Source of the DNA: Candidatus Heimdallarchaeum endolithica
GTDB taxonomy: Archaea; Asgardarchaeota; Heimdallarchaeia; Heimdallarchaeales; Heimdallarchaeaceae
Assembly: GCA_021513715.1 (NCBI GenBank)
Contig: CP084167.1
Location: 2,144,001 to 2,208,000 of the forward strand
Direction of reading: 5' to 3'
Length of the DNA: 64,000 nt
Shown: one piece after another, positions 47,100-56,551 of the stretch
Layout: every line of letters starts with the position of its first letter
Numbering within the stretch: position 1 is the first letter of the stretch
The notes under the pieces: generated by a model
Database searches by the model: none
Told to the model about the DNA's origin: nothing
What the model saw: the letters and a program-made list of their open reading frames with translations, nothing else
Position numbers and translations under genes: made by a program

Positions 47100-49349
47100 T
47101 TAAATTTCTGGGTATAAAGTGTTAAGTTCGGCAGCTAACTGTGCAATATTTGATGGATAAATGACTTCATAGATCCTAACAGTTGGATAAGCTCGTGCTT
47201 CTGATAGACCGCCTAGACCAAAGCTTCTAAAAACTTCTTTGAAGTAAACGAAGCCATCACTCCCTTCTAAAGTTTTTACAGGATAATTTTTCATTAACAT
47301 AAATGACCCACTTTCTGCTGTTTGAGGCCCATTAGGATGAAAAGCAAAACCTGAATTCTCATCATATGCTGCTAATCTATATAGTACAGACATATAGAAT
47401 GGTTCTTTATATATGGTACCTTCTCCTTCTGTTTCTGATTTGGAATAATACGCAGACTCATTTATTCCATATCTAGGAACGGTGGATTCTGCAATACGTA
47501 TTGGCCATATTGCCTTTCCTAGATCTGAACCCAAACCTGTTTCTCCTGCTTGACTGTTGATTAAAACGTACTTTATATTATATTTGTACATTAATTTCAC
47601 TGCCTCTGTGAAGTTCCACATAAGCATTGTTCCAACTATACCTATCTGGGTTTTATTTGTTGTTGCGTTGTCAACAAGTGTTGTGGCATTTCCATAATTG
47701 GTTATCCAATATCCGTAATCCCACCAACTGAGTACCACTGAAGGGCTATTTTTTACTATTCCTTCTCCTTGTGCATTATTCCTTAACCAAAGTAGTGCTT
47801 CTTGCCAATCTGTGAGAGGGAGTAAGTTCTGGCTGTTAACTATTGGTGCCATCTCTGATTGGGCAAAGTTTTTTGCTATTCCCATACTGTGGAAAACAAA
47901 GGTAACTAGTAATCCAAAAATTATCACATATACTATAATTGCCTCATCTCTTCCAATAGATTTTGCAACACGTAGTTTTCTTTTTGTTAAAGCTATTTTA
48001 CCATGAGCACTCAAAGCATATGGGAATAATAATTTGTCAATAGCTATTGCACTTAATAAAGATGCAGCTGGTGCAAGCAACAAGGCTAATCTTATCATTG
48101 AACCAGAGAAATATATGGTTGTTATTCCGAACAATAATACTGTGATATTGACATCTGTTGGTTTTTTTATGCAATAGTAAATACCTACTGGGATCAGAAA
48201 CGTCATGATGTGGATATTATTGAATAATTCTCCCCAAGCCATAGGTTGGTGTTCACTTACAGATGATATTATTGGGATTGAGGATCGACCACTAGGTAGA
48301 ATTACTGCCCAGAATTTATCTGCAATATTTTGAAATATTCCTAAAGAAAGGAAAACTGCTGTAGCAATAGCAACCAAAATTGTTATACTCAGGACTCCAA
48401 TAACCACTACTTTCTTAAACAGTTTTTCACTTAAATTACTGGCCATATTTTGTATCATACTTACTAATATTAGAAACACAATCATTAAGACTGGTATCAT
48501 AATTTCAATGTTGAAAAATTCATTCTTAAGAACACGAATAACAACAAAACCTAAACTTAGTGCTGTAGAAATTGTAATTGTGTAACTTTTTACAATCTTA
48601 TAATTAAGTTTTCGAAGAATTGCCAAGAAAAATACAACTAGAGGTAATAGGTCTAAAACATACCTGTATGCACCCCAGCTTCCCATCAAAGCTGCTAAAC
48701 TTATTCCTGCCCATATTGCTGATGAAGTTCTACCGTTTTTCATAGCTTTTATGAAGAAGTACAAGGAAAGAACAGTAAATAGAATACCTACAGATTCGTT
48801 GTCAAAGAAACCTGCAACGCTTCTTGATAAGAATGCAGGAGTGATTGACATGAAAAATGCAGTAAATAATCCTGTTCTTGGGCTATTAGCTTCTTTTCCT
48901 AGATAATAGGCAGCTATTATGGTTAAAGTCCCATAAATTGCAGGGCTGTAATAAGCTGCTTGTTGTATAGTTACATTTATTGATAGAAAACCGAGAATCA
49001 TTTTTAGTAAAACAGCACTTAAAGGTACTCCCCAATATAATTCTTGTCCAATCTTAAAACCAAAGGGATACCATGAATCCGTTTTAAACCAATGAACAAA
49101 ATTTGCAAAACCATGGTCGCTGATATATGTTGCACTTTGTAGTTGCACATAGGGATCAAATGCTTTTATCAAGGGGTCATATCCTTTGATGACACTAAAC
49201 AATCTTACTATTATTCCTACTGATAAAATAAGTAGAAAAGCTAATTTATGCAGAATATCTTCTTTCTTTATTTCATAATCTTCGAAATGATCGACTATAC
49301 GATCCCATAAATTTGATAACATATCTGATAAGCCTTCGTTGCTAGACAC
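47100..49349 (-). CDS. aglB: Oligosaccharyltransferase catalytic subunit AglB/STT3
   Basis: FDP, RSVAGFFDNE, SVSEHQP, WWDYG, DNATTN, DLGK motifs; GGTGA SD. Confidence 0.96.
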   Translation of the reverse strand: MSSNEGLSDMLSNLWDRIVDHFEDYEIKKEDILHKLAFLLILSVGIIVRLFSVIKGYDPLIKAFDPYVQLQSATYISDHGFANFVHWFKTDSWYPFGFKIGQELYWGVPLSAVLLKMILGFLSINVTIQQAAYYSPAIYGTLTIIAAYYLGKEANSPRTGLFTAFFMSITPAFLSRSVAGFFDNESVGILFTVLSLYFFIKAMKNGRTSSAIWAGISLAALMGSWGAYRYVLDLLPLVVFFLAILRKLNYKIVKSYTITISTALSLGFVVIRVLKNEFFNIEIMIPVLMIVFLILVSMIQNMASNLSEKLFKKVVVIGVLSITILVAIATAVFLSLGIFQNIADKFWAVILPSGRSSIPIISSVSEHQPMAWGELFNNIHIMTFLIPVGIYYCIKKPTDVNITVLLFGITTIYFSGSMIRLALLLAPAASLLSAIAIDKLLFPYALSAHGKIALTKRKLRVAKSIGRDEAIIVYVIIFGLLVTFVFHSMGIAKNFAQSEMAPIVNSQNLLPLTDWQEALLWLRNNAQGEGIVKNSPSVVLSWWDYGYWITNYGNATTLVDNATTNKTQIGIVGTMLMWNFTEAVKLMYKYNIKYVLINSQAGETGLGSDLGKAIWPIRIAESTVPRYGINESAYYSKSETEGEGTIYKEPFYMSVLYRLAAYDENSGFAFHPNGPQTAESGSFMLMKNYPVKTLEGSDGFVYFKEVFRSFGLGGLSEARAYPTVRIYEVIYPSNIAQLAAELNTLYPEI

Positions 49350-49575
49350 AGTTATTCACCTAATTGTTGAACTATTTTTTTAGTCTATTATTATTTGAAA
49401 TGAGTAAAAGTGTGAGGTTTAAAAACATTACTTATCAGATTACTTTTTATTCACTAGCTTTTTTTAGGAATAACTCTTCAATCTAATGACTTAGGATTTT
49501 AAACTAAAAAACTCATTAATTAGAAAAACTTATAGTAACTAAAAAAATCTCAATCAAAACTAGAAAGCGATTCAA

Positions 49576-50388
49576 ATGGCGAAGAAATCTAAGTATATTC
49601 TTGTAACTGGTGCGTCTGCTGGGATTGGATTGGCTATTACCAAATTTCTTGCAGAAAAAGGAGATTATGTCATCGCAACGGATAAAAATAAAATTTCTGA
49701 TGATATTCTTGAACAGTATAACAATATTGACTTCTTTAAAATGGATTTAGCTAACCATGATAGTATCCTTTTGACAAAAAAGCTAGTAGAAGACAAGTAT
49801 CAAGAAATAGATGCATTAGTTAACAATGCTGGTATTTTTGTTGGTGGTCCATTGGTTGAGATAGATATAGAGTTAATAAATAGAATTTTTGCAGTAAATG
49901 TGTTTGGAACAATTTTTGTTACTCAAGTTTTTTTTCCATTGATTCACAGGAAAAAAGGAAGGATAATCAATATTAGCTCTGAAGCTGGACGATTTACTCC
50001 TCCGTTTAGTGGGCCTTATTCTATGGTGAAATACACAATTGAATCATTTTCTGATGCTTTACGACGGGAGTTAATGTTTGTCGGAGTTAAAGTTTCAACA
50101 ATACAACCTGGTGCTGTAAAAACTGATCTTCTAAATAAGACTCCCAATTATTATATAACATCAGATTCTTCTTTATTTTCAAAACAAATAAGCCGAATAC
50201 ATCAACTAAGTTCTAGTGAATGGAAAAGAGCTACTGAACCTAACACTATTGCAAAATTAGTATACAAAGTTATACATACAAAAAACCCTAAACCTAGGTA
50301 TAAAATAAAAAATAACCTTGGTAGACGCGTTTTAGAGTACTTACCTGATAGATTGGTGGATAAAATGATAAAAATAATTTTAAGATAA
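49576..50388 (+). CDS. Short-chain dehydrogenase/reductase
   Basis: TGASAGIG, NNAG, YSMVK. Confidence 0.93.
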   Translation: MAKKSKYILVTGASAGIGLAITKFLAEKGDYVIATDKNKISDDILEQYNNIDFFKMDLANHDSILLTKKLVEDKYQEIDALVNNAGIFVGGPLVEIDIELINRIFAVNVFGTIFVTQVFFPLIHRKKGRIINISSEAGRFTPPFSGPYSMVKYTIESFSDALRRELMFVGVKVSTIQPGAVKTDLLNKTPNYYITSDSSLFSKQISRIHQLSSSEWKRATEPNTIAKLVYKVIHTKNPKPRYKIKNNLGRRVLEYLPDRLVDKMIKIILR

Positions 50389-50467
50389 ATTCACTTTTTT
50401 TATAGTAAAATTAATTAAGCTAGTATGCTTTAATCGTTATTTAAGAAAAGATGTTAAGGGGAAAAAA

Positions 50468-50866
50468 ATGAAACTAGAAAGAAAAATTGCCTATGCTTTA
50501 GCTAAAGAACTTAAAGAAATTACACAACAAGCTAAATTAGAAGCTCTTGCGGTTTTAACTGCAACAGGTGATAGAGTAGCTTTTTATGCAGGAGATAAAA
50601 AAGCTAATTCTACAGAATTATCAGCTATTGGAGCTGCACTTGTTGCTGCAGCTAGATTGGCATTAGAACGTCTTAATTTTTCACCTATTAATGATGTTAT
50701 GGTACGTGGAAAAAATGGTCTGTTGATTATCAAATCCATTGGGGATTTTCACTTAATTGGTGGAACAAGCGACATTGAAGAGTTTAAAACAGCAATAGCG
50801 GTACTATCTAGCCATGCACCAAAAATTGCTGATATTTTATCCTATGTTGAAATTGATGAAGAATAA
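50468..50866 (+). CDS. Roadblock/LC7-domain protein
   Basis: ALAVLTATG...LSAIGAAL...VMVRGKNG. Confidence 0.85.
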   Translation: MKLERKIAYALAKELKEITQQAKLEALAVLTATGDRVAFYAGDKKANSTELSAIGAALVAAARLALERLNFSPINDVMVRGKNGLLIIKSIGDFHLIGGTSDIEEFKTAIAVLSSHAPKIADILSYVEIDEE

Positions 50867-50893
50867 ATCTACTTTTACTATTTTTTTAAAATT

Positions 50894-52444
50894 CTAATTA
50901 ATATTTTTGAAATCGATAGCTGTTCTTTGTAAATTCTTCAAATTTATAATATAGGTTTCACCAGGATTAGGATTAATATTCATGCTTTTTTGATATTCTG
51001 TTTGAGATTGAAATGTTCCAGAACTGATTAGTGTCACATTCCTGTAAGTTGAATCTTCACACAAGTGTGTGTGTCCAACATGAAAAATATCTGGAATTCG
51101 ATTGATGACAAGCTGATCAATATAATCAGGCATAATAGGTGTTCTTTGTCCATAAATAGGTACTAAGTGTCTATTTCTCAGCATTTCAACCATAGCAGGT
51201 ACTGCAGATTCATGGGGGATATCCCTAATTGCAGCATTAATGTCTATTATTGAATTACCATGGGACATCAAAACCTCTACATTATGAGCTTTAATATATG
51301 CGGGACTACCCAATAAATGGATATTATCTATTTCATACAGCTCTTCTGCAAATTCTTTTCTAATAGGTGATTGAGGTTCTGCAGCTCTCGCTGCGTCATG
51401 ATTTCCAGGTATAATAATTATCTCAATATCTGAATTGATCTTTTCAAAATACTCTGAAGCTTGCAAATATTGAACTTTAATGTTTTTTAACACAAGATCT
51501 GCATCTTGATTAGGATAAACTCCTACTCCGTCGACTATATCTCCTGCTACAAAAAGATATTTTATTTGTTCTCCTATTTTATTAAATTTTGAGGAATTCA
51601 AGTCAGCGTTGAGAAATTTTATGCTCTTCATAAATACATTTCTGAGAAAATGTCTTGAGCCTATGTGCATGTCAGAAATGAACAGGGCGAAGACATCTTG
51701 CTCTGAATAATGCACTGGTTTATTATATGGAATATCAGGCCAGAAAATATCAGAAATATAGAGTAATCCTCTTCTCCATTGACCTGTGAAACAAAGAATA
51801 GAATCTTCAAGAACATGAATAGCTTTTTGAATTATCGCTTGAGGTTTTTTTACTAGTATTGCTTCTATTTTTCCTTCCAAATCCTCTAATTCAAAAGAAA
51901 AAATACCATTACTCCTTTCATTTTTTGCAAAAACAGAGGCAATAACTGAAACTTGATCACGTGAATCAATTGATTTTAGATATCTTGTGTTAACAATATT
52001 CTTTATATCACGTCTTCCCTCAAATATTTTTGATATCTGTTTAAATCGACTAACAAAATATTCGTGAAATTTATCAACAGAGATTCTATCTATTTCCATT
52101 GAAGGAGTGTTAATAATTTCTAATTCTGTGTCAATTTTATTTTTCCTTTCTCTTGGTATTGCTGAAGGTGGTCTTTTTTGAACAATTTTTTTCTCAACAA
52201 CCTTTTTTTCAATAACTCCTGCTTGTTTTTTTTCCTTTATATCACCTAATCCAGCTTTTGAAATATCTGTTTTAATGATTTTTTTTATTGTATCTAGATC
52301 TAAAATAATTTCTTCTGGTTTAACTTTTAAAATCTTATCTATAATCTCATCTCTATCCGTCTCTTGCATCAAAAACGAAAATGTTTCTGGCGTAAGTTGA
52401 TAACCGCTACTCATAAGTTCTTTAAGCTTCTCGGGAATTACCAT
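50894..52444 (-). CDS. polB: DNA polymerase D small subunit DP1
   Basis: ISDMHIGS, GDIVDG, PGNHD, HG, GHTH phosphoesterase motifs; OB fold with LEDLEG. Confidence 0.96.
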   Translation of the reverse strand: MVIPEKLKELMSSGYQLTPETFSFLMQETDRDEIIDKILKVKPEEIILDLDTIKKIIKTDISKAGLGDIKEKKQAGVIEKKVVEKKIVQKRPPSAIPRERKNKIDTELEIINTPSMEIDRISVDKFHEYFVSRFKQISKIFEGRRDIKNIVNTRYLKSIDSRDQVSVIASVFAKNERSNGIFSFELEDLEGKIEAILVKKPQAIIQKAIHVLEDSILCFTGQWRRGLLYISDIFWPDIPYNKPVHYSEQDVFALFISDMHIGSRHFLRNVFMKSIKFLNADLNSSKFNKIGEQIKYLFVAGDIVDGVGVYPNQDADLVLKNIKVQYLQASEYFEKINSDIEIIIIPGNHDAARAAEPQSPIRKEFAEELYEIDNIHLLGSPAYIKAHNVEVLMSHGNSIIDINAAIRDIPHESAVPAMVEMLRNRHLVPIYGQRTPIMPDYIDQLVINRIPDIFHVGHTHLCEDSTYRNVTLISSGTFQSQTEYQKSMNINPNPGETYIINLKNLQRTAIDFKNIN

Positions 52445-52545
52445 TCGTGAAAACGGTCTGAAGAATCTATAAAAATATTACACTATTTTACACTAACAAA
52501 ATTATTTGTCCTTTTTTAAATCAAAGAAACTCCTCTCTTTTACTT

Positions 52546-52791
52546 TTAAACATCCTTCTTTCTTTTTTTAATAATATAAACAGAATATGCAAGACCAATG
52601 AACAGTAAACTTATTGATACAATAATAAATATCGATAGTTGGAGAGCACCTGAAAATATCATATAGAATACAATTAAAAGTAGAGGAACACCTATTGAAA
52701 GATTAAAGTAAGGAAGACTTTTCCACTTATTATATTGCTCACTATTTTCAATCATTATTAATAATAAAAATAAATAATATTTATACTCCAC
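52546..52791 (-). CDS. Small two-TM membrane protein
   Basis: Two hydrophobic helices and a basic tail; start may be at MIENSE. Confidence 0.55.
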   Translation of the reverse strand: MEYKYYLFLLLIMIENSEQYNKWKSLPYFNLSIGVPLLLIVFYMIFSGALQLSIFIIVSISLLFIGLAYSVYIIKKRKKDV

Positions 52792-52936
52792 AGAAAATTG
52801 ATACTCGGTAAAAAAATTGAAAGTGAAAATATTGTAGTAATTGACAGTTTTTAATAATTTAAAGAGAAAATCTGAAAAAATTTGATTATAATAGGTGTTT
52901 CGCTATATGTTTTTATAGAATTCTAAAATAGATAAA

Positions 52937-54601
52937 TTGCATGTAATGAAAAAAATTGTTAATAAAAATGCAAATTCAGATATCTTGAATCTTTTGCGTT
53001 GTTCTACTACTACAGAATTATTACATCTCCTTAAAAAGCAACAAGAACTGGATTTAGAAAAAAATAACTTAAAGAAAATAAGCAAATTAAAAGTAGATTC
53101 AATTACTAGAACGGAGTTAGAATCTCTTAAATTAGTCTTTATGATTTTTATAAATAAAACAATAAAAGAAATAGAAAACTCAATTTATAATAAAGTAGGA
53201 AAAAAGGAATTTGAAAAGAAGTACAAGCACTTTTTTAGAACAATTAATGAGATTGAAATAGAAGCTTTTGTTAGAATCATCTTATTTTTAGTAGGAATAA
53301 AAGAGGAAGTAGTTTTTGTTAATGATCCACGAGCATATGTTGAGAGATTTCATATAATTTATCTTCTGAGCACATTAACGGTAGGTTATATCGATGAATT
53401 AGTGGGAACAGCAGAAGAGACTCTATGTTTTGGTAAATTTGGAAAGAGGAAAAATAACGGATTTGATCAGTTACTCCTAGGGAGGGACACTTCAGGGAAA
53501 TATATAATTAAAACAATAAACTTGAAGTTTAACGGTTCAAATAACGTATATTTAAAACGTAAATCTAAACTTTTTGAAAAAATAAACACTGAAATAGATA
53601 GCCTAGATAAGGAGGTGAAGGGGAAGAAAGAAATAATAAGGATGTTATTAAGAAAAAGAAGAAGTTCTCTACACGATATTGGCTTAGATTTCCTAAGAAA
53701 AGAAAAAAACGGAGATCTAAAAGAAGCGCTAATAAAAAGTGGTTTAGATCTTGATACAATAAATCTTATCTTAAATGCAGCAATAAAACAACATCAACTT
53801 ATTTCTTTACTTGAAAATGGTTGGACATTTGAAGCAACAAAAAACCTTCAAGGATATTTAGTAGTTACAAACGATATAGTCAATTATATAGATCTAGTGA
53901 GTGAGAACAAATCTATAGTGAGAATTGAAGCAACTGATCTTCAACCAAGAATTAACCTTGATTTTATCGAGATTCCATCATTTGAAGAAAAAAATGAAAA
54001 TAAAAATATTTTCAAAAAAATAGATAATCTTCTTCTCACGAGACTGAAAAAGAGAAAATTTGTTTATAACCTAGAAAATAAATATAGTTTTATAGAGACA
54101 ATCATCAAGATTCAGGATGTTCTTTATAATATTATTACAAAAGAGGGGCTATTCAAGGATTTTGAAGTTTTAAGCAGCTATGAAACAAAACACCGTTTAG
54201 AATTTATTGGGTGCAAAGATGAGCTGTTTTACTATTACTCTTATTTAGAAAAATGGGCTTCTAGATATGCAATTAGAACTTACGACGAAATAGTTCTTAA
54301 TTTAATGCCAACAAATGAACGTTTCTCTTTAATAACAAAAATTTCTGAAAGTAAAAATATTGAAACAATTAACAATATTAAAAGTTTTACAGAGCAAATA
54401 TTCAAAGAAATAATAAAGAAAATAGAAAATGTGGATTTTACAAACCTTTCTTTAGAAGAAATAGAAAATATATTAGCCAATAATTCTTCAATAGCGAAAA
54501 AAGTTACAGAATTTTTCAAATTTAAAGAAGGAACTATAGATGGCAATTGGATAGGACATAAGATAACCGAAAAAAGAAACATGATTCTATTTTTTACGTA
54601 A
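52937..54601 (+). CDS. Hypothetical protein ending exactly at the IS left junction (possibly truncated)
   Basis: 554 aa; weak PD-(D/E)xK-like GFDQ...INLK; the stop codon overlaps the TTTACGTA junction. Confidence 0.6.
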   Translation: MHVMKKIVNKNANSDILNLLRCSTTTELLHLLKKQQELDLEKNNLKKISKLKVDSITRTELESLKLVFMIFINKTIKEIENSIYNKVGKKEFEKKYKHFFRTINEIEIEAFVRIILFLVGIKEEVVFVNDPRAYVERFHIIYLLSTLTVGYIDELVGTAEETLCFGKFGKRKNNGFDQLLLGRDTSGKYIIKTINLKFNGSNNVYLKRKSKLFEKINTEIDSLDKEVKGKKEIIRMLLRKRRSSLHDIGLDFLRKEKNGDLKEALIKSGLDLDTINLILNAAIKQHQLISLLENGWTFEATKNLQGYLVVTNDIVNYIDLVSENKSIVRIEATDLQPRINLDFIEIPSFEEKNENKNIFKKIDNLLLTRLKKRKFVYNLENKYSFIETIIKIQDVLYNIITKEGLFKDFEVLSSYETKHRLEFIGCKDELFYYYSYLEKWASRYAIRTYDEIVLNLMPTNERFSLITKISESKNIETINNIKSFTEQIFKEIIKKIENVDFTNLSLEEIENILANNSSIAKKVTEFFKFKEGTIDGNWIGHKITEKRNMILFFT

Positions 54602-54748
54602 TTTACAGTTGTTGAGGAAAAAGGAGAGAAAAAAGAGGAGAAAGGAGAGAGAGGAAGGAGAGGGGTTTTTATAGGGAAAAAAAGTAAAAGTAAGTAAGAA
54701 GAGAAGAAGAAAAAATAAACAGAAAAAGAAAAGAAGGAAGGAAAAAGA

Positions 54749-56200
54749 ATGGTGGAAGACGTCGTCAAAACCTTGAAAGTGAGAATAAAGAATGAGGTAT
54801 TGACGACGAGGAAGAAGGAAAGGTTATGGAGAATAACGGGGAGAGATACAAGGATAATAGAGAAGTATGTGAGAATTATTCACCACAACAGAAGAAAAAT
54901 ATGTACTAAAACTAAAAATGGGAAAATAAGAGTGCATAGAGGAAAATTAGATGAACTGACACTAACTACTTCAAAAGTTAAAGAAGAAGAGAGAAGAAAG
55001 ACTGTTCCTCACGATCTGAAGAGAATGTTCCCTTATTGTTCTCACAATGAGTTTCAAGAGTGTAGAGATATAGCCGTACAATTATATGAACAAGGGTATA
55101 GACCCAGTCCTACTCGTCCTCCAATAAAGAGAGCAAGAAGGCAACTAATTAATGGAAAAAGGTTCATCCTTATCCATCTGCCAAAAGAGAAGAATAACAC
55201 TCTCACTCGTTGGTGGGTGGGGATAAGAGACTCGTTAGATACGTGGAGAAGAAACACCCCCTATCATCAGAAACTATGGTTACCTTTAGAGATGAGCACT
55301 TTCCACCAGAAAGAGTTAAAGAAAGGGAGGGTGAAAAGTTTAGAACTAAGATATAAACGTTCTACACATGAATGGTGGGTGTATTTCCAACTAAGAGTAC
55401 TTCCTCCTTCTTTTTATCCTACTAAAGAAGATAATTCTTCTTCTCTTCCTTCAGCTGTGCTGGGAATAGATCTAGGGATAAACATTCCTGCTGCAGGAGT
55501 GTTACTGACCCCTAAAAAGAAGTTAACAAAAAAAGAGATAAAGTTCTGGTATAACAAACAGTGGAATAGAATCAATCATCGATATAAACTCAAACTTTCC
55601 CGTCTTCAGAGGAAAGCGGCTTTAAATGACCAGTCGGGTAAAAAACACCAGATTTACCGTTTTCTCGCTCTTCTTCGTCGGAGATATAAAAACGTTAAAC
55701 GGGCATATATTTACCAATTTATAAGCGACGTTGTGCAGACGATAGAAACTTATGCTCGAATGTATGACCTTTTCGTCGTCGTAGGTTACCCTAAACACAT
55801 TCGAGAGGAGAAAGGAAAAGGTAAAAGTACTCGTAATTTTCGTAGAAAACTTCACCAGTGGAATTTTTCTCTTGTTCTTACTCTTCTTCGTCGGGCATTG
55901 ATACTTCGAGGTTTTGACCCTCACCGGATATTGACGATAGAAGAAAGAGGAACATCCTCTCATTGTTCTCGTTGTGGAAGGAAAGTTATCCGTCCTGTTA
56001 GAGGTTTAGTCCATTGCTCCTCTTGCGGTTATACTTTCCACTCTGATCTCACAGGGGCAATGAACATCGCACGAAAGTTCCTTGGTGTTCTTTTCCGTCC
56101 TCAAGGAAACACTATCACTGATTACCTCACTGGTCAACGATTCAGTTCTACTCATTTCATTGTTTGCCTAGGGCTCAGCCATTGGTTGCAGCCCCAGTAG
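54749..56200 (+). CDS. tnpB: RNA-guided endonuclease TnpB with rearranged RuvC-II
   Basis: RuvC-I LGIDLG; VVVGYP at the usual Glu position; EERGTS; CSRC...CSSC Zn finger; RuvC-III HSDLTGAMNIA. Confidence 0.92.
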   Translation: MVEDVVKTLKVRIKNEVLTTRKKERLWRITGRDTRIIEKYVRIIHHNRRKICTKTKNGKIRVHRGKLDELTLTTSKVKEEERRKTVPHDLKRMFPYCSHNEFQECRDIAVQLYEQGYRPSPTRPPIKRARRQLINGKRFILIHLPKEKNNTLTRWWVGIRDSLDTWRRNTPYHQKLWLPLEMSTFHQKELKKGRVKSLELRYKRSTHEWWVYFQLRVLPPSFYPTKEDNSSSLPSAVLGIDLGINIPAAGVLLTPKKKLTKKEIKFWYNKQWNRINHRYKLKLSRLQRKAALNDQSGKKHQIYRFLALLRRRYKNVKRAYIYQFISDVVQTIETYARMYDLFVVVGYPKHIREEKGKGKSTRNFRRKLHQWNFSLVLTLLRRALILRGFDPHRILTIEERGTSSHCSRCGRKVIRPVRGLVHCSSCGYTFHSDLTGAMNIARKFLGVLFRPQGNTITDYLTGQRFSSTHFIVCLGLSHWLQPQ

Positions 56201-56425
56201 ACAAAAAAAGAAGATAATTCTATTCTCTTTTAGAGTTAATTCTTTCTTTTTTGTCTCTCGTGGAGTGAAGAAAAGAACTTACAACTCTTTTCTTCTTTAT
56301 GATTCCCACGTTTCGTGTATGATGTCTGTTTCAACTCCTTTATAGTATTGTATGGCTTGGTTGATTTCAAGAGATTAAACTCCTTCAGTTTTTTCTCTTA
56401 CAAGACAGAGTGCGAAAAACTTTAC
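56199..56425 (+). ncRNA. Candidate omega-RNA (reRNA) scaffold / IS right end
   Basis: Stem 56199-56214/56241-56256; stem GAAGAAAAGA 56267-56276/TCTTTTCTTC 56286-56295 closed by CGTGG/CCACG; located between the tnpB stop and the element end. Confidence 0.55.
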
Positions 56426-56551
56426 GTAGAAAAGTAAATCATATCAAAAGACACGTTTGTTATACTAGAAAACGAAAGGGGTGATCTTTTAAGAGTAAGC
56501 GAGAACAGAAAAAGCCCACTGATAACTTGCAAATTCAATTTTTTAAATGAA

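Larger units (their letters stand above)
54593..56428 (+). mobile_element. Non-autonomous TnpB-only IS (IS200/IS605/IS607 superfamily, IS1341-like)
   Basis: tnpB with no tnpA; composition shifts at both edges; TTTACGTA at 54593-54600 and 56421-56428; hairpin-rich right end. Confidence 0.8.

Noticed and set aside
54749-56200. Catalytically dead TnpB (TldR-like) because the RuvC-II Glu is missing
   Set aside because: An alternative Glu in EERGTS and both catalytic Asp residues are present, matching the rearranged active form.
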